Assembly: GCA_965218585.1 (NCBI GenBank)
Contig: CBDCLE010000023.1
Location: forward strand, 1 to 64,000
Origin: Terriglobia bacterium
Lineage (GTDB): Bacteria; Acidobacteriota; Terriglobia; 20CM-2-55-15
DNA: 64,000 bases
Direction of reading: 5' to 3'
Position numbers and translations under genes: made by a program. Positions 9,187 to 18,859 of this stretch are shown in pieces; within the stretch, counting starts at the first letter, position 1; each line of letters begins with the position of its first letter. Below the pieces are notes generated by a model, which made no database searches, was not told where the DNA came from, and saw only the letters and a list, made by a program, of their open reading frames with translations.

Positions 9187-9867
9187 ATGCATAGACACAT
9201 CATTCTTGCCGCAGTCGCGGCCATCGCTTTGGGTTCGGCCGCGGTATCGGCCCAGGGTCAGGAATCGCAGCTGGGTTTCTTTGTCACAAGCACCACACAT
9301 AGCGGTGATCTCGGTGGCCTCGCCGGTGCCGACGCCGAGTGCCAACGTCTGGCGGGCGCCGCAGGCGCGGGAAATCGCACCTGGCGCGCCTATCTCAGCA
9401 CCCAGGGCAGCCAGGCCACGCCGGCCGTCAACGCTCGTGATCGTATCGGTAACGGACCCTGGTTCAACGCCAACGGGATCATGGTAGGGGCCAGCCTCGC
9501 AGACCTGCATGGCGATGTTCAGCGTGACACCAACCTCATCAATGTGAACACTGCGGTGACGGAAGCCGGCGATCTCGTGAACGGCTTTGGTCGTGCCGAG
9601 GGAAACCCGCAAGAACACGACATCCTTACGGGATCGGATTCGCATGGTCGAGCATTTCCGCCAGGCATGTCCAACCAGGCCGACGACCGCACGTGCAACA
9701 ACTGGACATCCGATAGCCCCGATGCCCATGCCATGATCGGCCACCATGACCGCATGAGCGGCTGGAATACATCGTGGAATTCGTCGCACTCAACCGCAGG
9801 CTGTAGCCTGGCGTTGTTCAACCAGACCGGAGGCTCTGGACGCTTCTATTGCTTCGCCGCTGACTGA
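9187..9867 (+). CDS. Secreted Cys-containing lectin-like (endostatin/DUF1554-like) protein
   Basis: Signal peptide; FFVTS...GDLGGLAGADAECQRLA, WRAYLS, ARDRIG.GPW, TCNNWTS, FYCFA. Confidence 0.7.
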   Translation: MHRHIILAAVAAIALGSAAVSAQGQESQLGFFVTSTTHSGDLGGLAGADAECQRLAGAAGAGNRTWRAYLSTQGSQATPAVNARDRIGNGPWFNANGIMVGASLADLHGDVQRDTNLINVNTAVTEAGDLVNGFGRAEGNPQEHDILTGSDSHGRAFPPGMSNQADDRTCNNWTSDSPDAHAMIGHHDRMSGWNTSWNSSHSTAGCSLALFNQTGGSGRFYCFAAD

Positions 9868-9957
9868 GACAGCGCGAACAGGATCTCGCCCGATCGATCA
9901 TTTGGATATGAGCGACTCGGCGACCTCGAACCCTGAACGTCACTTGAAGGAGTCCCG

Positions 9958-11571
9958 ATGCAGAGTAAGTGTTTTTCACCTTTTATTCTGTTGGTGATTA
10001 CCCTGCTAAGTGCGGCATGCAGTTCCTCTCCACCCCTCATCCAAGGAATTGAGCTGGACCCGAAACCCAGTGAAGCAGTACCCCTTGCGGCAGTCGTGGC
10101 GTTCCAGACGGATCGACCCACGACAGTCGCGTTGGAGTTTGATGATGGCGAGAGGAACTGGGTTGCAGACACAAAGGTTCCTGCGGCCATGAATCATGTC
10201 GTTCCGATCCTCGGCATGAGACCGGGTCGGACTCACACGATCCGGGTTGTCGTCACGGACGAAGATGGTGTCAGCGCCTCGTCAGAACCACTGGAGGTCA
10301 CAACGGATGCACTGCCGGAGGATTTCCCTCCCATCGATGTTCGCATCAGCGTGCCGGACCGTATGGAGCCGGGTGTCACGCTGTTGGAACCGAGTTACAG
10401 CCCGGAGGATGGCTCGCAAAACGACTACCAGTTCCTCGTTGCAATTGATGAGGCGGGAGAGGTGGTCTGGTACTACAAGGCGGTGCACGGCGTATCGGAC
10501 GCACAGCGGCTTCAGAACGGTAACCTCCTCTATCGCTCTGGTAACGCGCACTTGTATGAAATCGATATGCTTGGGAATCTGGTGTCCAATTGGAGATCGG
10601 ACCTCGCTGCCGCAGATCGGATTCGAGCCGACAGCGTCCATGTGGCTACAGACACGCTACACCACGAAGCACTCGAAACTCCTTCCGGCAATATCATGGC
10701 GATCAGTACAGAGGTCCGTACTTATGACGACTATCCGACCAGTGAAACCGATCCCGACGCTCCCAGAATGACTTCTGATGTGGTCGGGGACGTTCTGGTC
10801 GAGTTTACACGGCAGGGGCAGGTGGATCGCGAGATCGGGTTGCTGGATCTGTTTGACCCCTACAGGATTGGCTACGGATCTCTGGGAAGGTTCTGGGCGA
10901 ACACCTACCCGACCGGATCAAGTCCTCCCAGGGATTGGTCTCATGCCAACGGCATCGCAGTGGATGAGACCGGGCGCTATCTGCTCGTGTCGATGAGACG
11001 GCAGGCGGTGGCCAAGCTCGACCTCGAGACCAACGAAGTGGTCTGGATTCTCGGTGATCACAAGGGTTGGGGACCCGAGTGGCAGCACCTGCTTCTGGAA
11101 CCGCAGGGCGAATTGACGTGGCAGTCCGATCAGCACGCCGCAATGTTTACACCTCAAGGAACAATTTTGATGTTCGACAATGGGGCCAGTCGGGCACGCC
11201 CTTTCGATCCACCCATGGCGCCTGAGGAATCGTTCAGCCGGGCCGTCGAGTACAGCGTTGATGAAGAGCGTATGGAAGTACGCGAAATATGGTCATATGG
11301 CGGACCGGGAGAAGAGAGATTTTTCGCCCGTCGCGTCGGTGACGCCGACTGGATGCCGGAAACTGGGAACGTCCTCGTGACGTACGGCGGGCTGAGCACG
11401 GACGCTGACGGCAATTCCATATCTGGGGGGGGTGGCCATGACTGGGTCAGGATCGTAGAGGTGACACACGATTCACCTGCGGAGGAGGTCTTCGAGCTCT
11501 TCGTCGATGATGAAAGACCCCGGGGCTGGCTTAGCTTCCAGGCCGAACGACTGCCGAGCCTCTATCCCTGA
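9958..11571 (+). CDS. Aryl-sulfate sulfotransferase (ASST)-like lipoprotein
   Basis: Lipobox-like LSAAC; N-terminal Ig-like region (PLAAVV.F.T, VPILGM); HHE, DWSHAN, QH, FDNG, SRAVEY motifs. Confidence 0.85.
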   Translation: MQSKCFSPFILLVITLLSAACSSSPPLIQGIELDPKPSEAVPLAAVVAFQTDRPTTVALEFDDGERNWVADTKVPAAMNHVVPILGMRPGRTHTIRVVVTDEDGVSASSEPLEVTTDALPEDFPPIDVRISVPDRMEPGVTLLEPSYSPEDGSQNDYQFLVAIDEAGEVVWYYKAVHGVSDAQRLQNGNLLYRSGNAHLYEIDMLGNLVSNWRSDLAAADRIRADSVHVATDTLHHEALETPSGNIMAISTEVRTYDDYPTSETDPDAPRMTSDVVGDVLVEFTRQGQVDREIGLLDLFDPYRIGYGSLGRFWANTYPTGSSPPRDWSHANGIAVDETGRYLLVSMRRQAVAKLDLETNEVVWILGDHKGWGPEWQHLLLEPQGELTWQSDQHAAMFTPQGTILMFDNGASRARPFDPPMAPEESFSRAVEYSVDEERMEVREIWSYGGPGEERFFARRVGDADWMPETGNVLVTYGGLSTDADGNSISGGGGHDWVRIVEVTHDSPAEEVFELFVDDERPRGWLSFQAERLPSLYP

Positions 11572-11621
11572 CGAATGGGATCTGTGGTCTCACTGAAGGA
11601 ACGGGTGCCGGTTCTATGACT

Positions 11622-11643
11622 GTAGGGGCGGCTACGACCGCCC
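11622..11643 (+). repeat. GTAG-type REP-like hairpin
   Basis: GTAG-GGGCGG-CTACGA-CCGCCC downstream of the ASST gene; single copy in window. Confidence 0.4.
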
Positions 11644-11805
11644 GATCTGTTGACGACTCCAGGAACGACTGGACTGCCATCGGTCGTCGGAGCAACACTC
11701 GCTACCAAAAGGGTCAATTTCGCGATTGTCGCGTAAAAGCAGGCCGCATATTGCCCTCCCCCCAGTCAAGTCTCCCGAAGCAAAGTGTCTCGTTATTCAA
11801 TGGCA

Positions 11806-11835
11806 CGCTCCATGCTCATAACAGAGCATGGAGCG
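11806..11835. repeat. 12-bp perfect inverted repeat upstream of the small coiled-coil gene
   Basis: CGCTCCATGCTC-ATAACA-GAGCATGGAGCG. Confidence 0.6.
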
Positions 11836-11871
11836 GAAGATTAAGCGATATAATTTGCAAGGACAGTCAAG

Positions 11872-12114
11872 ATGACAGCATCGGTAGAGGAACGCGTAGC
11901 CTACCTGGAGGGGAAAATGGAAGAGCACTCCAGAGGATTCGGGGAGATTCGCGAACTCCTGGTTCATCTCAACGGGCGCATCGACACCATGGACCAGAGG
12001 TTTGATTCCCGAATCGACTCACTGGACCAGAAGGTTTCCCGCCATTTTACGTGGCTTGTCGGTATTCAGGTGGCGATTCTCGTGTCGATCATCGGTGCTC
12101 TAATCGGCGGATAG
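11872..12114 (+). CDS. Small coiled-coil protein with a C-terminal transmembrane helix
   Basis: EERVAYLEGK; repetitive RIDTMDQRFDSRIDSLDQK; hydrophobic C-terminus; AAGGA RBS. Confidence 0.75.
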   Translation: MTASVEERVAYLEGKMEEHSRGFGEIRELLVHLNGRIDTMDQRFDSRIDSLDQKVSRHFTWLVGIQVAILVSIIGALIGG

Positions 12115-12177
12115 AAGGTCTAAGCCCCGCTGGAGAATGTATTTTTCTCCGCCTCCGTTTCACTTTCCCTTAACGGC

Positions 12178-12230
12178 ATCGTCCTGAACGGGTTTGAAGA
12201 ACTGACCGAACGGGTGCCGGTCCCCTGATT
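12178..12230 (+). repeat. 53-bp dispersed direct repeat, copy 2
   Basis: Matches 8971-9023 with 3 mismatches. Confidence 0.85.
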
Positions 12231-12250
12231 CCGAGCTCAAGTCAGAGGCC

Positions 12251-12280
12251 CCGGAAGTTGTCACACTTCCGGAGCTTTTT
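12251..12280 (+). terminator. Probable intrinsic terminator
   Basis: CCGGAAGT-TGTCAC-ACTTCCGG followed by AGCTTTTT, between convergent genes. Confidence 0.6.
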
Positions 12281-12362
12281 CCTCAGGCACCGATCTTTTC
12301 AACAGAAGCGTCGATGGTGACGCCTTCGGCAATGGAGTTATGGACCGGGGAGAAGTCAATGG

Positions 12363-13001
12363 CTAGGGCTGATTCTCCAGGAAATCGAGGTGGATCCGGG
12401 CGACGGTGTGCATGTAACCGCCTCCTCTGTAGCGATCGGCTGCTGCCGCCTGAATATTTCGAAGCGACCCGGGCCCGTCCCCGATCGCTTCGTAATACAG
12501 GCCGACATAGAGATAGGCGTAGAACTCGGACAGCGTCCCACCGTTCCCGGCCCTCAACACGTCTTCGGGACCGAGGTCGCCGGCAAACATCTGGTAAACC
12601 TGACGCATCGGCACGCGCGCGTCGGGTCCCACGGGAAGCAGGGCCGAGAGAGCCTCGGCTGGAGATTCCGATCGGGCCACGCAGAGGAAATGCCAGGCGG
12701 CATTCTCGACGTCGTTGGGGTTCACGAGGCGGTGCGATTCGAACTGGGCACGGCAGTCCTGGTAGCGCTCAGCGTAGTAGAGGGCAATGCCGCGTTGCCA
12801 GAGTTGGGGAGCGAAGGCTGGGACAAGCCGGGCTACATCATCGAATCCCTCGACGGATTCTTCTATCCGACCCGCCTGGAAGTCGCTGATGGCCTCCTCG
12901 AGGATCGACTGCGGATCATCCTGAGACTCAGAGAAAGCACCGGCGGAAACTAATAATATTGCGAAGAATGTCGCGACCAGTGGCCGAAGCGTTCTAGCCA
13001 T
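12363..13001 (-). CDS. Secreted TPR-repeat protein
   Basis: Signal peptide; PQLWQRGIALYYA, VNPNDVENAAWHFLC, FYAYLYVGLYYEA; ATG at 13001 with GAGGGGG RBS. Confidence 0.8.
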   Translation of the reverse strand: MARTLRPLVATFFAILLVSAGAFSESQDDPQSILEEAISDFQAGRIEESVEGFDDVARLVPAFAPQLWQRGIALYYAERYQDCRAQFESHRLVNPNDVENAAWHFLCVARSESPAEALSALLPVGPDARVPMRQVYQMFAGDLGPEDVLRAGNGGTLSEFYAYLYVGLYYEAIGDGPGSLRNIQAAAADRYRGGGYMHTVARIHLDFLENQP

Positions 13002-13086
13002 CCCCCTCGACCTTCCCCGATAGAGATGCGCTCCGAATAAGTCGGTCTTCATCAGATGGTCTCTCATCGACTCTCTTTCCACTGAC

Positions 13087-14316
13087 TTATTGGAGGCCCA
13101 GGTTGAACGCGGCCAGGGTATCGCCGTTTCGAAGATAGAGAATGCCGTCTACAAGCGCCGGGTAGGCCCGCACAGTCTCGGGAAGAAGCTGGGCCCGTGC
13201 CAGGGGCTGGAACCCCTCGGGCGATGCCTGGGCCAATACCAGTTCGCCTCTCTCCCGCAGGATCAACACATGGTCGCCTGCAAGAATAACGCTTCCCGCA
13301 CGAAACTGTTCTACGCTCCAGGCTACCTCACCGGTTTCAAAATGGATGGCCCGGAGGCTGGGACCAAACTCCTGACGGCCATGATATCCATACAGGTAGC
13401 CGTCGTGGTAGACGCTGGTCGCGTAGTGGTTCGTGAGCACATCATTGGAAACCCACAGCGGGCTGAGTTGCTCTCCGTCCCATCGCAGCACACCGGCGCC
13501 GGGCCCGTACTCGGCTGAAACGAAGATGAGATCCTCGACAACGATCGGCGATGCCGCGTTTATCGAAGACGCCGAACGCGAACGCCACCTTTGGTTGAAC
13601 GCCACTTCTCCGTTTCGAGGATCGAGTCCAATCAAACCGTTGCGCGTCAGAAAGATCGCGTAACGGCGTCCCGAGATGTTGACGCTGACGGGAGACGAAT
13701 AACTGGCCCCATCCTCAGTCGCCGTCCAGAGAACCTCCCCGGTAGCCGCGTCGAACGCCACGATCCCAGCATCGGGGCCTCCGATGTTCGCGATGACCCT
13801 CCCATCCTCGACCAAAGGGGACCCGCCTGCGCCAAAAAACCCCTTTGAAACGTCAAAGCGGTCCATGGTGTCATGGCTCCAAATTCTTCGTCCGGTTTCA
13901 AGTTCGACAGCATGCAGCTGTCCCTGGGCTCCGAACGTGTAGACGACGCCGTCCACGATAACCGGGACGGCCCGGGGTCCTTCGTCGAATCCAAAATCAT
14001 CGCGATAGGATGTAGGATAACTGTAGTCCCACAGACTTGTCCCGGTCTCCGGATCGAAGGCTTCGACAACCTCACGATTCGAGACACGATGGAACAGGAT
14101 GAGGCGGCCATCGGAAACAACGGGCCCACTGAAACCTTCACCGACGTCCTGCTCCCAGACCAAAGGAGGGCCGTCCTCTCCCCACGCTTCGGCCAGTGGC
14201 GAGCCTCTATAGACACCGTTGCGCTCCGGACCGAAGAACTGCGGCCAGTCCTGGGCGGCGCATTCAATGCCCATGGCGAGGAAAACGACTGCCAGAGGGG
14301 CCATCACTCTTTGCAT
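13087..14316 (-). CDS. PQQ-binding-like (BamB-type) beta-propeller protein
   Basis: Signal peptide; DWPQFFGPERNG; repeated A.D..TG...W motifs; SYSSP. Confidence 0.88.
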   Translation of the reverse strand: MQRVMAPLAVVFLAMGIECAAQDWPQFFGPERNGVYRGSPLAEAWGEDGPPLVWEQDVGEGFSGPVVSDGRLILFHRVSNREVVEAFDPETGTSLWDYSYPTSYRDDFGFDEGPRAVPVIVDGVVYTFGAQGQLHAVELETGRRIWSHDTMDRFDVSKGFFGAGGSPLVEDGRVIANIGGPDAGIVAFDAATGEVLWTATEDGASYSSPVSVNISGRRYAIFLTRNGLIGLDPRNGEVAFNQRWRSRSASSINAASPIVVEDLIFVSAEYGPGAGVLRWDGEQLSPLWVSNDVLTNHYATSVYHDGYLYGYHGRQEFGPSLRAIHFETGEVAWSVEQFRAGSVILAGDHVLILRERGELVLAQASPEGFQPLARAQLLPETVRAYPALVDGILYLRNGDTLAAFNLGLQ

Positions 14317-14377
14317 TTCCGTTGTTCCTTCCAATGAGAACGCGATGTGCGCTCATAGAGCGCACTACAGAAGAATC

Positions 14378-15652
14378 CTACTTAGAGACTGCCTTGGCCC
14401 GAGGCTCGTAGCGGAACTGCTTCGATCCGGCCAGCTTGGAATAGGAGCCAAAGCGCTCCTCTGCGTCTTCGATAAGATCGAGCGGCGTAGCCTCGTCGTC
14501 GCCGTCCTCATATACGTGCAACAATTTGTAGTTCGTCTTTCTCTGGGCGGGGATCCGTCCTGCGTCGCGAATCAGACGGCGAAGTTCCCGGGGTTGGACC
14601 AGCTGTCCGTATTGCGCTCCAGCCGAGGTGGAAATGCTCTCGTTCATCAGAGTCCCGCCGACATCGTTCGCACCCGCCGCAAGCAGGTACTGGGCGAACT
14701 TCGGTCCCTCCTTCACCCACGATGACTGAAGATTCGGTATAGAAGCTCCCAGCATCAGCCGGGCAAGGGCATGTAGTTTGACCACTTCCATCCCGCTCGG
14801 GCCGGGACGCAGGTTCGGAAGCAGACGATGTTGATACATCGGAGCTTCCTCAGAGATCATTGACAGAGGCACAAACTCGGTGATTCCACCCGTCTGACGC
14901 TGGATGTCCCTCAACAGGTCCATGTGTTTTACCCAGTGAACAGGCGTCTCGATGTGGCCGTACATGATCGTCGAGGTCGTGGGAATGTCGAGGCTGTGGG
15001 CCGTAGTAATGACTTCAACCCACTCGTTCACTGTGATACGGCCCGGAGAAATGGCGTCACGCACCTCCTGATCCAGAATCTCGGCCGATGTGCCCGGAAG
15101 CGATCCCAACCCCGCCTCTTTCAGCGCCTTGAGATAATCCTCGATCGACGTGCCCGAACGCGTTGAGCCGTACAGCACTTCCTCGGGCGAAAACGCGTGT
15201 ATATGGACGTCGGGAACCGCTTTCTTCACTTCGCGTGTGAGGTCGATGTAGAGGTTACCGTCCATATCGGGCGGCATACCCGCCTGCAGGCAAACCTCTG
15301 TCGCCCCCATATCCACTGCTTCGAGTGTCCGCCGGATGATTTCCTCGGAATTGAGAAGATAGCCCTCTTCGTTACGGTATGTTCGGCTGAAGGCGCAGAA
15401 GCCGCAGTGCTTCACACACACGTTGGTGAAGTTGATATTGCGGTTGATGACATAGGTCACCGTGTCGCCGACCTGAAGCTTCCTCAGCTGGTCGGCCGCA
15501 AAAACCATCGCGTGAAAGTCCGCTCCGTTGGTTTCCGACAACTGCAGTGCTTCGGATACCGAAATCTCCTCACCTTCCAGCGCCCGGGACAGAATCCGGT
15601 GGATGTTGGGATCTATGTTGCCGGGAAGTGAAGGCAGTGTCTCTGGTGTCAT
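14378..15652 (-). CDS. cofH: FO synthase subunit CofH (radical SAM)
   Basis: NRNINFTNVCVKHCGFCAF, SLPGTSAEIL, TTSTIMYGH, QSSWVK.G, GGTLMNESIS. Confidence 0.93.
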   Translation of the reverse strand: MTPETLPSLPGNIDPNIHRILSRALEGEEISVSEALQLSETNGADFHAMVFAADQLRKLQVGDTVTYVINRNINFTNVCVKHCGFCAFSRTYRNEEGYLLNSEEIIRRTLEAVDMGATEVCLQAGMPPDMDGNLYIDLTREVKKAVPDVHIHAFSPEEVLYGSTRSGTSIEDYLKALKEAGLGSLPGTSAEILDQEVRDAISPGRITVNEWVEVITTAHSLDIPTTSTIMYGHIETPVHWVKHMDLLRDIQRQTGGITEFVPLSMISEEAPMYQHRLLPNLRPGPSGMEVVKLHALARLMLGASIPNLQSSWVKEGPKFAQYLLAAGANDVGGTLMNESISTSAGAQYGQLVQPRELRRLIRDAGRIPAQRKTNYKLLHVYEDGDDEATPLDLIEDAEERFGSYSKLAGSKQFRYEPRAKAVSK

Positions 15653-15664
15653 CGTGTTCCTCGT

Positions 15665-16816
15665 CTATGCAATTGCTGTTTGAAGATTCGAAACTATCGG
15701 TTCGAGCCGGGTCGGGAGAAAACCGGGGCGTTCGATGTACTCATCATAGATCGCCAGTCGTTCCGAGAGCGTATAGCCCTCTTCCCGGCAAGTTTCCCGA
15801 AGCGTGCGAATATGCGGCCAAGCGGCTTCGGGATTGACGTAGTCCTGGGTCACCGGAGAAATTCCGCCCCAGTCGTTGATGCCTGCACGGAGTAGAAGCC
15901 GATGGTCGTCAGGATTCAGGTTTGGCGGAACCTGGAGGTTCATCGCCCCGCCCAGAATCAGGCGCCCTACGGCAACGGCTTTCGCCACCTCGAGGCCATC
16001 GGGTTCAGGAAACTCTTCCATGCGCGTGTCGGGCTTGGCACGGAAATTCTGGATTATGACTTCCTGGATGTGGCCGTACCTCTCGTGAAGATCACGAATG
16101 GCAATGAGGCTATCGACGATCTCTTCGACGGTTTCTCCAATCCCGATAAGAATTCCTGTCGTGAACGCTATCGACAGCTCCCCCGCCTCACGAATCATCT
16201 GCAAACGTACGTCCGGATGCTTGTCCGGTGCCGAAAAGTGAGGCATGCCTTTCATCGTGAGTCTGGGGCTGACATTCTCGAGCATCAAGCCGAGGCTGGC
16301 GTTCACCGGCTTGAGGAGTTCCATTTGCTGGTACGTGAGCACACCCGCGTTTGTGTGGGGCAGAAATCCATGCCCAACTGCTATTTCACAAGCCTCGAAG
16401 ACATATTCGACTGTCGTCTCATGTCCGAAATCCGCAAGGGTCTCCCGATAATGTGGATAGGCCGCTTCCGGTCTGTCGCCCAGGCACATCAGGGCTTCTT
16501 TGCAACCCTGCGCGCTTCCCGATCGCAGCGTATGACGAATGTCGTCCGGGGTCATCGTCCATGCGTCCGGGTCGGTCGGATCCTTCCGGAAGGTGCAGTA
16601 CGAACAACGATCCCGGCACAGGTTCGTCACCGGGAGAAATACCTTTCGGGAATAGGTCACGGTCCTGCCCTTCGATCGGTCCCGCAGACGGCCGGCGGCT
16701 TCGATCACCGAGTAGACCTGGGAACCTTTCGAGTGGATCAGGTCATAACCCTCTCCGGCGGAGAGGGACTCACCGTCGAGAGCCTTTCGCAGAATCGCGT
16801 CTATCTTCAGGGGCAT
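15665..16816 (-). CDS. cofG: FO synthase subunit CofG (radical SAM)
   Basis: TYSRKVFLPVTNLCRDRCSYCTF, LPHTNAG, TTGILIGIGE, QEVIIQNF, QVPPNL, DWGGISP. Confidence 0.94.
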   Translation of the reverse strand: MPLKIDAILRKALDGESLSAGEGYDLIHSKGSQVYSVIEAAGRLRDRSKGRTVTYSRKVFLPVTNLCRDRCSYCTFRKDPTDPDAWTMTPDDIRHTLRSGSAQGCKEALMCLGDRPEAAYPHYRETLADFGHETTVEYVFEACEIAVGHGFLPHTNAGVLTYQQMELLKPVNASLGLMLENVSPRLTMKGMPHFSAPDKHPDVRLQMIREAGELSIAFTTGILIGIGETVEEIVDSLIAIRDLHERYGHIQEVIIQNFRAKPDTRMEEFPEPDGLEVAKAVAVGRLILGGAMNLQVPPNLNPDDHRLLLRAGINDWGGISPVTQDYVNPEAAWPHIRTLRETCREEGYTLSERLAIYDEYIERPGFLPTRLEPIVSNLQTAIA

Positions 16817-16916
16817 CTGGCTATTTTACACGGTAATGCCGGAGCGGCGACAGGTGGGTCGGACAGTCAGAGGGGAGGTCTACTCGTCTCGCGAAACGTT
16901 CTGGCTTGGTCCTGAA

Positions 16917-17010
16917 GGGCTTGCGATCAGGATGATCGCGAGCGTCGCCCTGCTTTCACATAGAAGACTCAGACAGGATGTCTGAAGAACGACCGAGCGA
17001 AATCTTCTCC
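16917..17010 (+). repeat. Double-hairpin AGGAT-loop repeat, copy A
   Basis: GGGCTTGCGATC-AGGAT-GATCGCGAGCGTCGCC...TCAGAC-AGGAT-GTCTGAAGAACGACCGAGCGAAATCTTCTCC. Confidence 0.85.
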
Positions 17011-17020
17011 CGACCCCCAC

Positions 17021-17974
17021 CTAAGCCTTTCCGAACTTCGAGTTACCGACGATCTTTTCCACAATCGAGTAGGGATCCTGCTTGCGTTCTGCAATCTCTT
17101 TAATGAGCTGATCCAGGTCTCCATCAGGGAACACTTCATCGACGGCAGCCGCCACAAGTCTCTCCTGTAACTGGGTCATCAGGCGTTGCCGGGCGGCATC
17201 CCGCTTCTTCTGTGTTCGGATCTTCGAATCTTCGAAAACCTGTCTGCACTCCTCGATTCGTTCGACCAGTTCGGTGGTTCCTTCTCCGGTGGTCGCCACG
17301 GTCTTGACGATCGGGGGATTCCAGTCATCCGGGCGGTGGGCCAGGGAGAGCATGGCGCCAATCGCGCTCTCGATCTTGTCGACACCGGGATGATCGGACT
17401 TGTTGATCACGAAGATATCGCCGATTTCCATAAGGCCGGCCTTGATCGCCTGAACGTCGTCTCCCATACCCGGAACCAGGACGACCACCGAAATATCCGC
17501 CAACTTTACGATCTCGATCTCATCCTGACCCACACCGACAGTTTCGACGATGATCGGGTCGCGACCCGCCGCATCCAGAACTGTGACTACATCAGCAGTC
17601 GTCGATGCCAGACCGCCCAGGTTACCGCGAGTCGCCATACTGCGAATGTAGATCCCCGGATCGACACCCAGAGTCTGCATCCGAATCCGATCACCGAGAA
17701 TTGCGCCGCCCGTGAAAGGGCTGCTCGGATCGACAGCCACAATCCCCACGCTTTTGTCGCTCTGCCTGTAATCGATCGCCAATCGATCCACCAGTGAACT
17801 CTTCCCCGCTCCCGGACTGCCGGTCACACCGATCACCTGAGACTGCCCGGTCTTGGGGAACAGCGCTTTAAGAATCTCCAGGCTGTCCGGGGATCGGTTT
17901 TCGACCCGTGTGATCGCCCGGGCCAAGGCCCGTATGTCACCGCTAAGGACTTCTTTTAGAAGTGAGTTATCCAT
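17021..17974 (-). CDS. meaB: Mutase-associated GTPase MeaB/ArgK (copy 1)
   Basis: GVTGSPGAGKS, AVDPSSPFTGGAILGDRIRM, ETVGVGQ, NKSD. Confidence 0.93.
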   Translation of the reverse strand: MDNSLLKEVLSGDIRALARAITRVENRSPDSLEILKALFPKTGQSQVIGVTGSPGAGKSSLVDRLAIDYRQSDKSVGIVAVDPSSPFTGGAILGDRIRMQTLGVDPGIYIRSMATRGNLGGLASTTADVVTVLDAAGRDPIIVETVGVGQDEIEIVKLADISVVVLVPGMGDDVQAIKAGLMEIGDIFVINKSDHPGVDKIESAIGAMLSLAHRPDDWNPPIVKTVATTGEGTTELVERIEECRQVFEDSKIRTQKKRDAARQRLMTQLQERLVAAAVDEVFPDGDLDQLIKEIAERKQDPYSIVEKIVGNSKFGKA

Positions 17975-18150
17975 CAGTGGCTTAGTTCTCGTTGGTAATT
18001 TCCATCAATGGCATTGTATCGCAGCCACGACCAGCGGAACCGAAACCCGCTGGTGGGAAATTCAGGACAGACCCCTGTTTCCAAAAAACGAAAGAGTTGC
18101 TTACGGAAAGAGGGATCTGTCCCTGGAATTTCCCGTAAAATACACCGCCT

Positions 18151-18552
18151 ATGACCGAAGTACGACTGCAAACCCACTGGCCCGATTGCGATCCCGCCGG
18201 GATCGTCTATTTCGCAAACTTTTTCCGCTTTGTGGGCATCGCCGAGGAAGAGATGTTCCTTCTCGCCAACAAGCGACGTCAGAAGATACTCGATGACCAC
18301 GACATCTGGATGCCCCGGGTGGAAACCCACGCGAAGTTCATCAGACCGATTCAGAGTGGATCGGCGATTCGAATACGCATGGACCCGCAGTTCAAAGGCT
18401 CAAAGACCGTGCGCTTCGAGTTTGAGGTTATCGACGACGAGACAGAGGCATTGTTTGCAACCGGCTTTTTGACGGTGGTCTGCGTGGATCGGGAAACGTT
18501 CAAAGCCAAACCGATACCGGAAGAAATTAAAAACATCTTGAGTGGAAAGTAA
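18151..18552 (+). CDS. Acyl-CoA thioesterase (4HBT/YbgC hotdog fold)
   Basis: W.DCDPAGIVYFANFF motif. Confidence 0.85.
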   Translation: MTEVRLQTHWPDCDPAGIVYFANFFRFVGIAEEEMFLLANKRRQKILDDHDIWMPRVETHAKFIRPIQSGSAIRIRMDPQFKGSKTVRFEFEVIDDETEALFATGFLTVVCVDRETFKAKPIPEEIKNILSGK

Positions 18553-18666
18553 CTTCTTAGCGCGCCGACGCCTCGGCTCCGCGTCTTTATTTGAAAGCGG
18601 TCCACCCGCACCGGCGGACCGGCGCGGGTCCTCCTCTACCTGCTTCAAAATTCCCCTGATCCAATT

Positions 18667-18748
18667 GGCCTCTCCATCATCCTGATGGAGAGGGTCGCCG
18701 GTCGTTCGGCCAGGATGGCCGATTGAACGACCGAGCGAAATCTTCTCC
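18667..18748 (+). repeat. Double-hairpin AGGAT-loop repeat, copy B
   Basis: GGCCTCTCCATC-ATCCT-GATGGAGAGGGTCGCCGGTCGTTCGGCC-AGGAT-GGCCGATTGAACGACCGAGCGAAATCTTCTCC. Confidence 0.88.
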
Positions 18749-18802
18749 AGTGAGCATTTGACTAATCCCAACTTTCCCAACACTAATCATGAATAGACAC
18801 GC

Positions 18803-18838
18803 AAAAAAGCCGGTACCCGCTTTATAGCAGGTACCGGC
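18803..18838 (-). terminator. Intrinsic terminator of the LLM gene
   Basis: Minus strand GCCGGTACCTGC-TATAAA-GCGGGTACCGGC-TTTTTT. Confidence 0.8.
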
Positions 18839-18859
18839 CCATAAGACTGTGCGATTAGT

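Noticed and set aside
11801-11816. Sigma54-like promoter TGGCACGCTCCATGCT
   Set aside because: It overlaps a 12-bp inverted repeat that explains the sequence; a TATAAT lies nearer the gene and no activator is nearby
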